From Yuukianura sp. NJ FZ-2021 (lineage: Eukaryota), in the NCBI GenBank assembly GCA_046563655.1, contig CM102290.1:4154001-4218000 (forward strand): a DNA stretch of 64,000 nt, given 5' to 3'. A model generated the notes under the pieces. The model ran no database searches. It saw only the letters and a program-made list of their open reading frames with translations, and had not been told where the DNA came from. Both the position numbers and the translations under genes were made by a program. This document shows positions 27,135 through 41,294 of the stretch, piece by piece; position 1 is the first letter of the stretch; every line of letters begins with the position of its first letter.

Positions 27135-28062
27135 CTTAATGTGTGCCTAGGCACTTCGTCGACACTAAAACCGCCTTACGTAGACCTGGCAAAGAAACAA
27201 CATTTTCTTATTACACTGATTCGGTTAGACCCATCATAACTTTTAGGTCCACGTCCATGTCTAAAGCTAACGCTTAACAGAACACGGAAGGTGCCGATTC
27301 GGCACTGCTAACCGTCTTGTTACTTTCAGTTTCCCTTTGTTATTTCGCTTACCGTGTCATTCATGAGCAAGGTTCCGATTAAGATTCTTGATGCTTGCTT
27401 CAATAAGATCCCACCAGCATTTTGGATTACGATTACAGAACCACCATTGAGCTAGAACCGGGAACCAAATCCAGAGTTGACTTAGTAAGTCTGACACTGA
27501 TCTAAAAATTAAGTAATGAAAAAAAAACGTTTAAAGACTCACCAGCAATTAACTGAATATCAAGTGGATGCCGTGGACAGACACTAGAGAGACTAGAGTA
27601 GCCAACTCATATCTTGAAGAGGAAAAACATAACTCACAAACAAGCATACATAATTCCAAAAAATGAACTAAAAACCCCACGGCTCCTTACAAAAATCATA
27701 TCCTGCGCCGCACTCAGATTTTTTCGCACGGTACTGAATTGCTAGAGTAAAAGAGATGAGCTTCTAACTAAACGCTTTAAATTCTAATCTCTTACCGAGC
27801 CCTTAGATTGGAAGATAAAACGTATACGAAACTTATATTGGCCAATCAAGTCATATTGGCTCAGATTTCCGCTCACCGTTCTTTTATAAAAGAAAAGAAT
27901 AAAACTTCGAAACATTCGCTACTAGCGTTTAAGATCTGAGACGGAAGGTCCACAGCGTCAAAACCAAGGCGCATTAGCCATACTGTAGTACAACAAAAAC
28001 ATCCTAGCCTATGCCTTCCTGTTTAGGATTTATTTTATTAATTATAAGTTCTAATCGATTAT

Positions 28063-30246
28063 TTATTTGTGAGTCGAGTAGCGACGTATAAAATTATTAT
28101 CATTAGATCTCAGAGCTGGTTCAGTTTTATCCAGATCACACGGGTTGTCAAAGATGGTTCCGATCCTAGTGTTTTCATTACCGTCGAATTTACCGCCGAG
28201 AGAGTGTTTGTAGGGATTCTTTGCGTTGGTATTTCGTTGAAACGTTGTACTTCCAAATGATAGCTTTTCTCCATAATATCCAATCCCCCGTTTGTCCATT
28301 GGTCCTTGGCCCTCATTTGAAAGAGCTTCTTTAATTCCAGCGTTGTATCTTCCAAGTCCTTGCCCATCCTTCCACCCATGTCTCTCCAAAACTTTTCGTC
28401 CAAAACCCTTTGTGTAACTTTCAAACTTTCCGATTTCGAAAGCTCTGTCAGGCGAAACTTTCCCCGAACGGGATGATTTTTGGCGTCTTTCCAATGCATC
28501 TGGGGTTCGAAATACTGTCGGACTTTCAACACCTTTTTCGAACCGTTCCCGCATTCTCATTTCCAAACAGTCTCTGGCATCTTTGTCTCCGCCGCCTATC
28601 CAAAATTCAAATCAAAGTTATTGAGTAAAATTGAAGCTGGTAAGTTACAAAAACTGTAAATAGAGCGATTCAAAATGAATGAAAGAGAATTAAGTATGAT
28701 TACCTCGAACATAATACACCTCCATATCCACATCCAAATCGTCGGATGTTTGTTCGTCAAATCCACCTTCTTGCGCTTGCCAGTATTGCGCATCGGTGTG
28801 CCAAACAATTCCAGGACCTGAAGAAAACGAAAGAACTTGATTAATACTGCCTCCTTAAAAACGGGAGATATCCAAACTCCTAGTAAAGTTAGTAAACATC
28901 CGTACATTACAAAGCTAAATCCATTCATACTGTCCAAATTACCTCCTTTTTCCCACACCACTTCGATCTCTTCTTCGTACAGACGCTCTTTTAGTCTTTC
29001 TTGTGATGTAACATCTTCGTGCAGTGCTTCGTGTCGCTCCCATTCTTCACAGCAGTCGTCGTCCTCTTCGGAACTATCCTGATTATCACACTGTTATAAG
29101 ACAAAGTCCATTAAAAATTGCACTAATTGTAATCGCAGAATGTAACCTTGTAAATTATTTCTTACGTGAGGTTCTGGACTTTGCACTACATCACTGCGCT
29201 GCCCAGTAACGGTTTTCGGGATATATACATCGGGAATTGTGTGGCCCCGTCGAGTTACCATTTCGTCATGAACATAGGTACCTTGCACGATGTTAGTCCC
29301 ATAATCAAAGGGCACTTTGCTGTACTCTTTGTAACGCCTAAATAACACGAAAATAAAGGCATGTTCAAATGAATTATTCTTCATTTTTCCCATGTACAGT
29401 TGTTATGTTAATATGAATTTTAACGCGTCATGCCTAGAAACGTCTCAGGTTGAAGTGAACCGGTAGCTTCTACATGTACTCCCCGGAGATGTTCTAGACA
29501 TCAAAGCGTTCTGCCCGAATATTTATCTAATCTAAATGCTAATGTAGAAGAATGTAATAATTCCACGACCTGGTTCCTTTAAGCCGAAGTTTGGTTTACT
29601 TCAACCACGACATTTCTAGAGGTGACGCGTCAAAAATCGAATCAAGAATCGTACAAGGAACAAAATGAAGTATAAATTACAAATCGCTAAAACTGAGTAC
29701 GAGTACGACGTACCTTCCTAATGGGAATTCCAAGCCCAACCTCTTGATGAGGCTTGGCGGGAGCTTGCATTCTTTAATAAGATTCAGGAAATGCGTAGTA
29801 CAAGTCCCAACGTTTCCCCTCGGCATTAGCTTCGGAGGTGAAAGTTCTTTCGAAAATTTCTTGAACCCATGATGCGACATCTTAACTAGCTGAATGACAC
29901 ATCTCCCTTGAAGACCATTTCCTTCCTTATCCATCCAGTATAGGCCTTTATACTTTGTCAAAAACGACAGACGAATTTCTTCACTGTCGAATTGGACCAA
30001 ACCACATAGAACATCCTTCGTGATTGGGTCGTTTGTCGCATCAGTTTCTATGGTTGTATTACCAACTGAAATAACTTGAGGACGATGACGGAAATGGAAA
30101 CATTTGAATTTTTCTTCTTCCACAAAGGCTGAAAAATAGTTTCGTAAGTCTGATGCATGGAAAGTTTTTGGAATGTTTCCGACAAGGCAGTAGTACCCCG
30201 GAAATCCAGCACCATTGTGAGAAGTTACAGCTTCAGTAGATGTCAT
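28063..30246 (-). CDS. GPATCH3: G-patch domain-containing protein 3, 5 coding exons
   Basis: N-terminal RRM-like YCLVGNIPKTFHASDLRNYFS and CFHFRHRP; PPKLMPRGNVGT; EEWERHEALHEDV...ERLYEEEIEVVWEKGG; G-patch FESYTKGFGRKVLERHGWKDGQGLG...GIGYYGEK. Approximate exons 30246-29714, 29338-29167, 29080-28943, 28817-28703, 28596-28063. Confidence 0.9.
29418..29635. mobile_element. Degenerate MITE / inverted repeat in the first coding intron of GPATCH3
   Basis: TTTTAACGCGTCATGCCTAGAAACGTCTCAGGTTGAAGTGAACC (29418-29461) is an imperfect reverse complement of GGTTTACTTCAACCACGACATTTCTAGAGGTGACGCGTCAAAA (29593-29635). No clear TSD. Confidence 0.55.
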
Positions 30247-31730
30247 TGTACCTAATACACCAATTTTCAATTTAGTGGCCAATTAAAAAGGGAATTAGCC
30301 GTACTAGTTACCGAGCAAGTATGTAAAAAGTTACTTACCGTTAGTACTTATTTATTCACGTCTATTTACGTGTTCAATGTCCACTTTGCTGATCTTCGAC
30401 CTGTTGAACAAAATTCGGATGAAAAACGAAAACAATTAATGATTAAATGAGTTTGTTTGACGTTTGATGAACAGATGACGGAATTTTCTAGGTAAGTATC
30501 TTAATACTCATGAGCACTGGTAATTCCGCAAATGCGATAATGCGAAGGAACCAATTAGTTTATTGATAGACTTTAAATCGATACCAGATTCCCGCCACGC
30601 CACTCAAAAGATCTTACGATGGAAATTACGTTAGCAAATTTTAACAGGCATTAGCACAGACGCATTTCTAGAGATGCCGATTCCTACAACGGTACTAATT
30701 GCGTTTACTAATTTAGTTTAGATCATTATATTTCTTTGGAAACTGCTAATTTCAACTCATAGCTGATCTTTTGACAGTTCACATTCAAATGTGTGCGGAA
30801 CGTGATTCCCTCCAGTAAAATTAATTCAAATAGGACAGTAGATGCTTCCGTAAAGTTAAGAAATTCAACACGAAGTTACTTTTCATTTGTATTTATGCAG
30901 CGAAGCATTTGGTTTTCCAATTCCAATGCCAGTTTGTACTGCTCTCATTCGATTTCTTTCAGCAGTTGTTCATTTTTCGCCTTCAAGAGCGGACGCATAG
31001 CTTTATACCTTTGAACGTCACATTAGTTAATGCCAGTCAACCTCCGCAACTTTCAAAATTTCAATTCAAAAACTTTAGAAAGCTACGGGCAGAATCAAAT
31101 TCCAGCGTCTAATTCAATCAGTTTAATTTGTGTTGAAAATTTTCAAAAGCATCTCAACGAAGTGTAAAATTGGGTTCTTTGAGTTAATAGCAAACCAAGG
31201 TGCTTAAATAATTGCTTATTTTTATACAAATCATATCTCCAACGTAGATATTGAAGCCAAATTTAGTTACGGTGATACCATGAAAATGCTGAATCTGCAA
31301 TAAATGGACCAGCGGTTGGCGAATTTACAACAGAATTACCTTGTGAAATGCGAATGACAGATGAAACCACAGACTGGGTGAGGATTTCATCAAAAACCTT
31401 GAATTAAGTAGTAGTTTTTAAGAACTTTTGACATTAACGCTACCGATGGATCCCCAATGACTTTGAGGTTACTACTTGATTGATGGACTACAGAGGAGGT
31501 CGTAAGCAATATTTACCGTAACGTAGATTTGACTAATGATGTACTTATGAAGTAGCGAAAGCTACTTTTTGGTTTGACTTGGTCTGTCTGTCTGGCCGGC
31601 CTTCATCAGCGGCAATTATGTCAGAAACGGGGGCAACGTTTCCGGAATCTGTTGTCACCGTTAGACACCTAGTGACCCAATGATGCTTCCTATTGACTGT
31701 TTCTGGGCGGGTCGACTCCTTCCGTGTCAC

Positions 31731-31860
31731 AGGTCAAGGTCAACCTGTTATATTTCCGGTAACATGAAAAATGACCTCTACAAAAGTTGCTTCGTGGAAA
31801 CCAACAATTTTTGTATACATCGCATGACCCCAAGTGACCTCCTTCTGGGTCAAAGGTCAA
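31731..31860. promoter_or_regulatory. Cluster of nuclear-receptor half-sites (candidate enhancer)
   Basis: AGGTCAAGGTCA (DR0, 31731-31742, contains TCAAGGTCA), TGACCT (31772-31777), TGACCC-CAAG-TGACCT (DR4, 31825-31840) and GGGTCA-A-AGGTCA (DR1, 31847-31859): seven RGGTCA half-sites in 130 bp. Confidence 0.55.
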
Positions 31861-34130
31861 CTTTTTCATTTTACCGTTCATAACCATAGTGCAGTATAGT
31901 GCGATTCCAGACATCCTTCCGCTACTTACATACACCGCTTCACAACCGTTGATTGAGTTTCTAGTTGACCCCTGCCTTGTTTCTTTTGTCAGTGGTCAAC
32001 AAATTTATTGATCCATAGTATATTTTCATGGGTGTTGACTTTAGTTATCTTCAAAGGAAAAGCCCTCTTTCCTTTATCACTCATCTGTCAAGATCAGTCA
32101 CCATTTTATTTTTCAAATCACCCGCTCTCTCATCACGCAGCGGCGTCCAAAACTCCAATTTCACTAAGAATAGCACTCACAGAACGGGAGGGTTTTTTCC
32201 GTGGTGTTTGTGATTGAATAAGCTCATGAATCCAGGAAGGTGCGACATAGAACGTTAGTGACAACTGACATTAGACAACGATAGCACAGGAAGAGGACAT
32301 CCATGGAGATTTATGTCAATGTTCAGGGTTGTCCACTGCTCCTATCACCTGGATAATTTATCAGTGATATTGATTAAGTTAAATGTGACGTTACGTTGTC
32401 CCGATTGGACACTGAAGCTGAAGAGCCTCTCTGTTGAAATTGCTCCCCAACGCAGGCAGTCCTTGCTGTGGTTGGAGTGTGCCAGGTTCTCAGTTTGGCT
32501 ACTTCCCAATTTCCAATTCCTCACAATTTCGAACAATAATCGGCTCAAAAATTGCGTTAAAACGGCAGGAGGACATCAACGTGGTCACCAAAGGTAATTA
32601 TTGTTGCAGATTTCAGCACTGGATGAGTACGTGCGAATTTAAAGACTCAAATTTGCACAAGGAAAAGTCTTTTGGGACAATAAGGCATTTTACTTTTGAC
32701 ACAATGGTTAGCTGCTTTGAAAACAAACATACCAACAATTTTGGAAATTGTCTATGCTTGAAGTAAAACACAATTTTTGAGGACAATCTTAATTTCCAAT
32801 GACCATGATCTTGTATATGCGTTCTTGACTCGAATACTATGAGTGAGAACGTCAAGATCATATTTAGATTACCCTCAGTTTCTTGCACCTAGAGCTCTCA
32901 AGTAACTTTTTAGAAGTAAAACTTTTCATAACGAAAGTCGCGTAATTTTCAGGTAGCGAAACAATTTTTAGAGGTAACTCTGGATTTACATGCACAAAAT
33001 TCCAACAAAGTTCAATTCGTGGAAAAAGCACAGAATGACTAAAATGTGCCCCTGTTGTTAGTACTAACCCGGCTTTAGAAAAACTACTCCATCTGGTTGC
33101 ACTGATAGGTCATCATCGCTGCTTCGTGAAATGTAACGCTAATTCTACTGATTAGTCGAGAAACATCAGCGTCAATTTTTTATCAACAATTTAATTTCCT
33201 GGAGTTTTATACTAATTTAATCATGAATTAATCTTATTTTGCAGTCCGAGTCAGTTATCTTGGACATGCTCAGTTCCATAAGCTCCACCTACCTTTTGTT
33301 CTATTTTTCATTGGGTTTTTGTAAAATCTTGTTTTCTTCAAACAAAATGGATTTCTACATGAACATTTTTTTCCAAAAAGACACAAATGTACTAGTAAAT
33401 TATAGTTGTCAAAACTAGGAAAACAAAGGCTTGGTTATGTAGCGTCTTGGAACGCAATAGTGACGCTTGGTAAGGTTTATAAGTCGAAAATGGTAAATGT
33501 GCACTCCAAAGTGCATGTTTTACTTTTGTGTAAAATTGCAATTTTTGCATTAACCAACTGACGCTACTAATCTACTCAAAACATCAAGGTTTTCCTTGTC
33601 ATCTTCAAAACCCTCCCACTTCTCCCGTTTTTATGAAAATACCCAACCGCAGTGCTGATTGTGTTCGATTAGCGTCTTTCTTAAATAGTTTTTTTCAAGG
33701 AACGTATTCGTTTCCACCGACTAATTTTGAAATGAGTCATCGTGACATGATAGGATGTGCGTATACCAAGACCAAACTTTGTCAACTTTTACTCGTGCCT
33801 TCTGGAATCAATTTGCATTGGTATATTGAACATCACTGGAAGTGGGATAACAGCAGTCAACAGTTTTTTTTATTTGGTTGTCACATTTTGGCCTTTTCCG
33901 TCTTTTGTAGCCGCAACTGGAATAATTTGACAAAAGTTGAGCAGCATTTGAAATAGATCACTAACAAAAGTCACTCCAATTTGTATGAGTTGTTATTCGT
34001 TTTCAAGTTTTAAGTTCGTTTATTTTGTGAATTAGTTAAGAACTTATATCATTTCTGGATCAGATACTTTATTTGGAAAAGTAAAGTGGATTTCTTGAAT
34101 ACTTTGGATTGATTACAGGTAACTGACGTT

Positions 34131-37100
34131 ATGGAAGATCATTTGCACGAAGAGGCTCGGAACACCATTGGTGTCAATGACACTGTTCTGCTTCATGACC
34201 CTAACGATACTGACGCTTTCATTGAAAACCTTCGGAAGCGCTTCAAAGGAGATTTGATTTACGTAAGTACTTTCTCCAACATTCTTCAATTATTGTAGTT
34301 TATTACCATTAGTACTCAAACTTAAAATTAACGAGAAAAACCATAACAGGGCAAAATAACAACTGGAAGTAAAATTTTCACGGTATTGATCTTCTCAGAT
34401 TCTGAGTTTTTTGCAATTAACTTACCTGTGTTGAGAACTTGTGCGTGGGTTGTTGAGACAGAGATTTCGTGTATGGAAGATGTTCATCTCTGTTTCCTTA
34501 AATGGAATGACATGGCCCCACCCCCAGGACTTATTTACCACTTATGACAAACCATGTCCATCGTTAACCCTTGTCAACAACCTTGGAATTGTATACATCC
34601 TACATGTTCCAAAATATCACTGCGTACACGGGAGAAATGACATTTCCAAAATGATGCCTTGCCTCATAATGCCTATGATTTGCTATCCCTGCTCGATTTT
34701 TTTGAACAATTTCGAGATTTTTATCGATCTCTATTAAACACAGGGCCGTTTTGATATGAAATGAAGCAAATGTTACATCAGATGATCGGGGGAAGGGGAC
34801 GATTAATTTGGAATAGAGTGAGACAAGTAGTTTTTAGGTGTGACGGTAACTGAACAACGTAACTCTCAGTTTTCATTTCAACTACTGATTACTTTTGGCC
34901 AATGTTGATTAAATCCATTTCAAGGTCATTTGTATCATGAATCTATCATAAAGGCATTCTGAATTACAGCATTGAAATTACTTGTTAACCATGAATTTAA
35001 CTAACTTACGGACGACTTAAATACAATAAGAAAAAAAAAGTTATTGAATAGAGTAGGTGCATGACATGGGAAACAAGGTTAAGTTAACTTTGCATATTTA
35101 AGATTATGAAAGTAATAGTCTTGGAATAATAGACTCCTTTTTAAGTTTAGAAATTGAAAACAACGTTGGAACAACTTTAAATTCTATATTTGAGTAACTC
35201 CGTCATCGTCAAACCATTTCCGTTTGTGATAATTTCTGAAACCATTAGCATTAGCACACTCCTTGTCTCTCTCTTGTATTAATATGTTGGGTAGCATCAT
35301 CCTTAAGTCAATTTCCGCACTTGATTCACAAGCCAGTCAAAAACTGAAAACATTTTGCCAAGGTTTTGTTCCGAAATGCTTCCGACTGAAAGAATTGAGA
35401 TAGAGATTAACAAAATTGCAAAGCATAAGTGGAAATGCTAAGACATTCGTAACATTACAGCAGTTAACAAATGTGAATTTACGGAATCTCGAACGTATGT
35501 ATCAAGATACACATTACTTACCATTAGTTGAGGTGTTCACTTTGAAGTTGAATTACGTTGTGTTAATTAAAGGGAAATCGTGGAAAATCAGGGAGCACTC
35601 GTACATAAGTGGAGCTTAGAATTAATTAAGAGGCATCCCTCGTTGACGTTTGGAAGCGGAAAGATCTTTGTACGTGATTTGGTTCCTTACGGTTGTTACA
35701 ATGCATTGCGTTGAAGTAACTTCAAAATGAAAATGAAAGGAAGTTAAAGTTGAAATGCAAAGATGAAGATCACTTTGCAGCTTTTGAGGCGTTGCTGTAG
35801 TTTTCGTCTTTTTATGTCTTAGTAAAAAGGACTCTATGAAATGAACATGGAAGGGAAAACAAGCCTCATTTCAATTTAAAAATTCAAAAAAAAAATCTAT
35901 AGCTTTAATTTAATTACTTCATTAAGTTTATGTAGTGAAGATTTAAAAATTTCGGCTTTTTGGTTCTCGTAACGGAGTTTTCCACAAGCCAATTCGTCAT
36001 ACTATTACTATTAATGCACGCTCTCAAAAACATCTTCTATTTTTACAGACCTACATTGGACCAGTCCTAATTTCTGTTAATCCCTACCGTGAACTCCCAA
36101 TTTACGATGAGACGCGTATCATCGAATATTCCAAAGTCAATTTCATTGAAGTTCCTCCGCACATGTAATTTGAATTTCTAAAAAGCCTTGCAAATGAATG
36201 GTATACTTTTCAACAAAACTTTGAATTAAAGTTTTTGATTTTATTTCCAGCTTCGGTGTAACTGGAAATGCGTACCGACAACTTCTAGAAGAGAAACGAG
36301 ATCAATGTGTCTTGATCTCAGGTATTTCTTTTTTTAGAATTTTGGTTTTCGAAAAATTGTCATTTTGATATTTAGTTTGAAACTACTGGAGAATGTTGAT
36401 TTAATTTTATTTCTTGTAAGGTGAATCTGGTTCTGGCAAGACTGAGGCATCAAAGAAACTCCTCCACTACATCGCTGCAGTTACCAACCACATTCCCACA
36501 GTCGAAACAACCAAAGACAAGCTTCTTCAATCTAATCCTTTGCTCGAGGCTTTTGGAAATGCGCAAACCAATCGAAATGACAACTCCAGTCGATTTGGAA
36601 AGTACATGGACATCGAATTTGATTTTAGAGTATGTAAAATTTAAACTTCTACTCAAATTCTTTTGAGCAGAAGTTCACAAATTCCTAACATGGTGACGAT
36701 TTTTGTTGCTTACACATTTTTGTTTGGCGTAGGGAAGTCCTGTTGGCGGCCATATTCTCAATTATTTGCTGGAGAAATCCCGTGTAATTTTCCAAGCCAA
36801 GGGAGAAAGGAACTTTCACATTTTCTACCAAATGCTGGCCGGACTTGATGACACGACGCTGGCAAATTTCGGTTTAACTCGGAGTCCAAATGACTACCAC
36901 TACTTGAAACAGGTAAATGTATCGCAAGGTTTTAAATGTCGAAAACTAAGTTTCCTAATTTTTGGTTAAACTTTTTTGCAGGGGAACATTATTACATTTG
37001 GGAACGAAGATGGAAATGCATTTGAGCGCGTGAAGGCTGCTATGTCAACTGTTGGATTTAGCCGTGCCGATCAAGAAGAAATTTTCAATATCATTGCAGC

Positions 37101-40100
37101 CGTTCTGCATATTGGAAATACAGAGTTCAAGCAGGATGGCTCTTATGGAAAAGTAGCGTCGCACGATGTCGTCAAAACGGCTGCACGCGTAAGTCAATTG
37201 AAATTACGGAGAAGAAATTTAATACGCCACACTTGACATGACGTCCCACATTTCTTTGTTCCAAAATTTCAATGTTATTGATTCGTGTCTTGGCAATTGA
37301 AATGAGTCCAAATTAGTCAAGGAATGACGGTGGTTCATACTTCATTTGAAATATACGTATTCATTAACAGCTTCTTGGATGTTCGCCTGAGAAATTGACA
37401 AAGGCCTTCACCCACAAAACAATTGAAGCTAGAGATGACTTTGTGACCTCGCCATTGATGTTTGAGCAAACTACTTATGCCAGGGACGCTCTGGCCAAAG
37501 CTGTCTACGAACGCCTCTTCAGTTGGCTTGTCCAGAAGCTCAACCGTTCCCTCAAGTCAAGTTATGACGGGAAACGAAGTCTGATGGGGATCCTGGACAT
37601 TTATGGTTTCGAAATTTTTGAGGCGAATAGGCAAGTTTCGAATTTGAATTTCATGTTAAAACATTAAAGAAAAAGAATGACCTGTTTGAAAATATGGGTG
37701 TCCTTGATGCTTTCAGCTTTGAACAATTTTGCATCAACTATTGCAATGAAAAGCTTCAGCAATTGTTTATCGAACTGACGCTGAAGTCAGAACAAGAAGA
37801 GTATCGAAAAGAGGGCATTGAGTGGGAGCACATTGACTACTTTAACAACAAGATCATCTGTGACCTTATTGAGGAGAAGCATAAAGGTCAAACACAGACA
37901 AAAATAAGCGAAGAATGTCATTTTTCGAAATTGAGCATTTTCAAAATTTACTGTAGGCATAATTTCTGTGATGGATGAAGAGTGCTTGCGACCTGGTGAC
38001 ACGACTGATTTCAGTCTTCTTGAGAAGATGGACAAGAAGCTGTCTGCACATCCTCATTACTTGAGTCATAAATTGGCAAATAACACTGTGCGGAAATCTC
38101 TCACCCGTGACGTAAGTTGAACATAAAAATTAATCTGCCTGGCATAATGTACAAGTGATTTTTTTTTACAATTTAATAACAGGGTGCTAAAGAAGTTCTT
38201 TGGATTTGAATGAATTATGAGTTTGGTTTTTTTGATATTTTTTTTTAAACAAATAGGAATTTCGGCTTTTGCATTACGCTGGAGAGGTGACGTACAAAGT
38301 TCATGGATTTCTGGACAAAAACAATGACCTGCTGTATCGCGATCTTCGGGAAGCCATGGCGCAGTCAAGTCGATCCATTTTACAAGTTAGATTTTTTTTA
38401 ATAGGAATTTTGATTTTCAAAAACGAAATGCTAACTTTGAGTTCTTTAAAGGAAATCTTTCCAGTAATTGAGCTCCAACGCAAGAAACGTCCTGACACAG
38501 CCGCGACTCAATTTAAAACTAGTCTTAGTCAACTGATGACCATCCTCATGTCCAAGGAGCCTTCATATGTTCGATGCATCAAACCAAACGACTTCAAGAA
38601 GTCTGGTACGTTTTATGAAAATCCAATATATTACATTACATAATTCAATTGTATAAGTATTATACTAAAACAGAATTTGGTATGTTGTAGGTGTTTTTGA
38701 TTTGGAAATTGTTGGTCATCAAGTCAAGTATTTGGGACTGATGGAAAATCTGAGAGTGAGAAGAGCTGGATTTGCCTACCGTCGTCCATTTGACGTCTTC
38801 CTTGAGCGCTACAAAAGTCTTTGTCCTCAAACGTGGCCGCACTATGATGGTCCAGCACGAGAGGGAGTCGCTGTCCTTATGAAACATCTTGGATATAACG
38901 ATGCAGATTTTCGTATGGGAAGGTGACGCAGGATATAAATTTTTCTTGACTTAGAGTCCCGGATTTAATATTTTTTTTTATTTTTTTTACAACACGCAGA
39001 ACCAAAATTTTCATTCGCCACGCCCAAACACTATTTGCCATTGAAGATGCCTTTCAAGCCAAGAAACACGTTCTGGTGACATTGATTAAAGCTCGTTGGA
39101 GGGGACAGCGTCAGCGTAAAGTTTTCCTCAAGCAAAAGGCATCCATTATTTTTGTACAGAAATACACGCGCCGTTGGTTAGCTTACAAAGCGTACAAGAA
39201 GAGGAAGCATGCCGTTGACGTAATCCGCACGTAAGTCTTAATTTCTTCAAATATTTACCAAATTTTTAAACCAAAAAGTACAAATGAGAATGAAGTTTCA
39301 TATTTTCAGATTTGTTAAAGGTTTCATTCACCGAAAAGATGCAGAATGTGATGCCAATGCTAAGTTCCTTAAATTCGTTCGTGCTCGATTCTTATTGAAA
39401 CTGAAGGAAGCTCTGCCAGACAAGATTCTGCGCCATGATGCTTTGTGGCCACAAGCTCCACTGTCATGCACAGAGGTAACCCCAACTTTTTCAAAATCAC
39501 TTAAGAACGCCAAAATTTAAAAAAAATGCAGAATTGTAAAATGAATTCATTGTTCTTTGGTTAATTAAGCGTGAGTTAACGTATTTCGGACAAGCCTTCT
39601 TGTATTATAATAAGTTTTGGGAAAATCAGATAATCAAAAGTCTTATTCCCAGTTTCGGTGCATCATTGTTCAACGCCTCCTTGATTTTTGTTCCGCCCTT
39701 TTGATTTTTATGTTGTGTGTTCTTTGTAACAAAGTTTTGGAAAAGGATATGTTTTTTGAATCAAGTTTGCAACTTAAAAACTGAAATTATTTGGTACAAT
39801 GAAGTTGGACATTGAGAGAGAAGCCTAACTCCATTTTTTCAGAACCGTTTGAAAGAAAATTGTAGCTTGTGTAATTGGATTGTTCCTTGTGTTTTTCTTG
39901 AAAACATTTTGACAATTAATAATTTCCGGGCGATGACATAATGTGCAGCAGAGCATATTACTGTATGAAACTTATGAATTTTATGAAACTTACGACAGAT
40001 TGTGTTTTTCTCATGTTTATACAGGCTAACAAAATTCTTTGCACAGTCCATCGACGGCTTGTCGTGCGCAAGTACGTTCGAGGACTCAATCCGGAAAGGA

Positions 40101-41294
40101 AACGACAACTGGAAATGAAGTATTTGGCACAACAGATTTTCAAAGGTAAATTTTCAAACAGTAATTGATTTTAGAAGCAAAATGTCAAGTTTTTTAGTTT
40201 TAATCTTCTGTTGTTAGGCAAAAAGGCATCTTACGATTCGTCTGTTCGCAATTATTTCTTGGACACGCGCATGGCCACTGAACTACAAAATAAAATGGAC
40301 ACTGTTCGCAACAATTTGAAAAATTCCGGCCAACAATTGCTTGTATGATTGTTAACTTTTGAACAAATTGGAATTTTCCAATACTCCCTTCACTTCTAAA
40401 TCCTGTCATATACATTGTGACCTCGGAACTAACATTTCTGTATTGTTTTTGACAGTACTCCACTTCCGTAACTAAATACGATCGAAATGGATACAAACCA
40501 AGGGAACGGATTTTGGTGCTATCTAATTCAGCCCTGAGTCTATACGACAGCAAAGACATGAAACTGAAACATCAGCTTCCACTTAACGCCCTACCCGGAA
40601 TGACAGTAACAACAATGGGGGATGGACTTCTGATAATTCGTGTCCCATCACAAGACAAGCAGCTCAAAGTTAGTAACGATTTTAACTACTAGCATTTAAT
40701 AGCTTAATGCAATAGTCAGCAAGTTTTTCCTCTTGCATGTCATCCTAATTGCAATTCATTTTCAAACAAATTGACATTTGATTTACAGGGGGACTTGATC
40801 GTGAATTGTCCAAACGTCATTGAAACAGTGACGAGAATCATTCAAGCTGCCAACGACAGAAAGGAATTGGTTAAAATTGAACCCCCTGGAGAGTAAGTCA
40901 TTCAATTCATCATCATAATACACGATTTCATTCCTCCGAAATAAGCATATAAAAAAAAAATAGAAATCGCAACTGTTTTCGAAAAAAAATACACTTTTTT
41001 CCTCCAAAGATGCCATAATGTTAGGACTTTTTAAAGTCTAAAAAATAGTACTAGAATAATAAGATTGTCAAATACTATATTTGTCATGCTTTTTCAGTAT
41101 CAACCATCAATTTAATGGAGGAAAGCAAGGCGTCATTGAGGTACGAAATGAAGGAAACGGAGTGAACCAGTTTCTCAAGAAAAATGGTCATTTGATCCTG
41201 GTAAGGTCAAAGTTCACACAACTATTTCTGTTATAATTCAAAAGAATTTTAGACTAATTATTTTTTTCCTTGGCTTTAGATGACTTCCGGCTAA
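34131..41294 (+). CDS. Myo61F: Unconventional myosin IC (Myo61F-like), about 20 exons
   Basis: Starts [21 protein letters not shown]...[20 protein letters not shown]-loop [72 protein letters not shown]. Three IQ-like motifs. TH1 tail ([22 protein letters not shown]) ending MTSG-stop at 41292-41294. Confidence 0.93.
37631..37716 (+). other. Non-canonical GC-AG intron in myosin IC
   Basis: AATAG/GCAAGT donor and TTTCAG/C acceptor restore the conserved [10 protein letters not shown] sequence. Confidence 0.85.

Noticed and set aside
30945..30947. In-frame TGA as selenocysteine
   Set aside because: The context is coiled-coil-like, with no redox motif and no SECIS seen. A nonsense mutation or chance is more likely.
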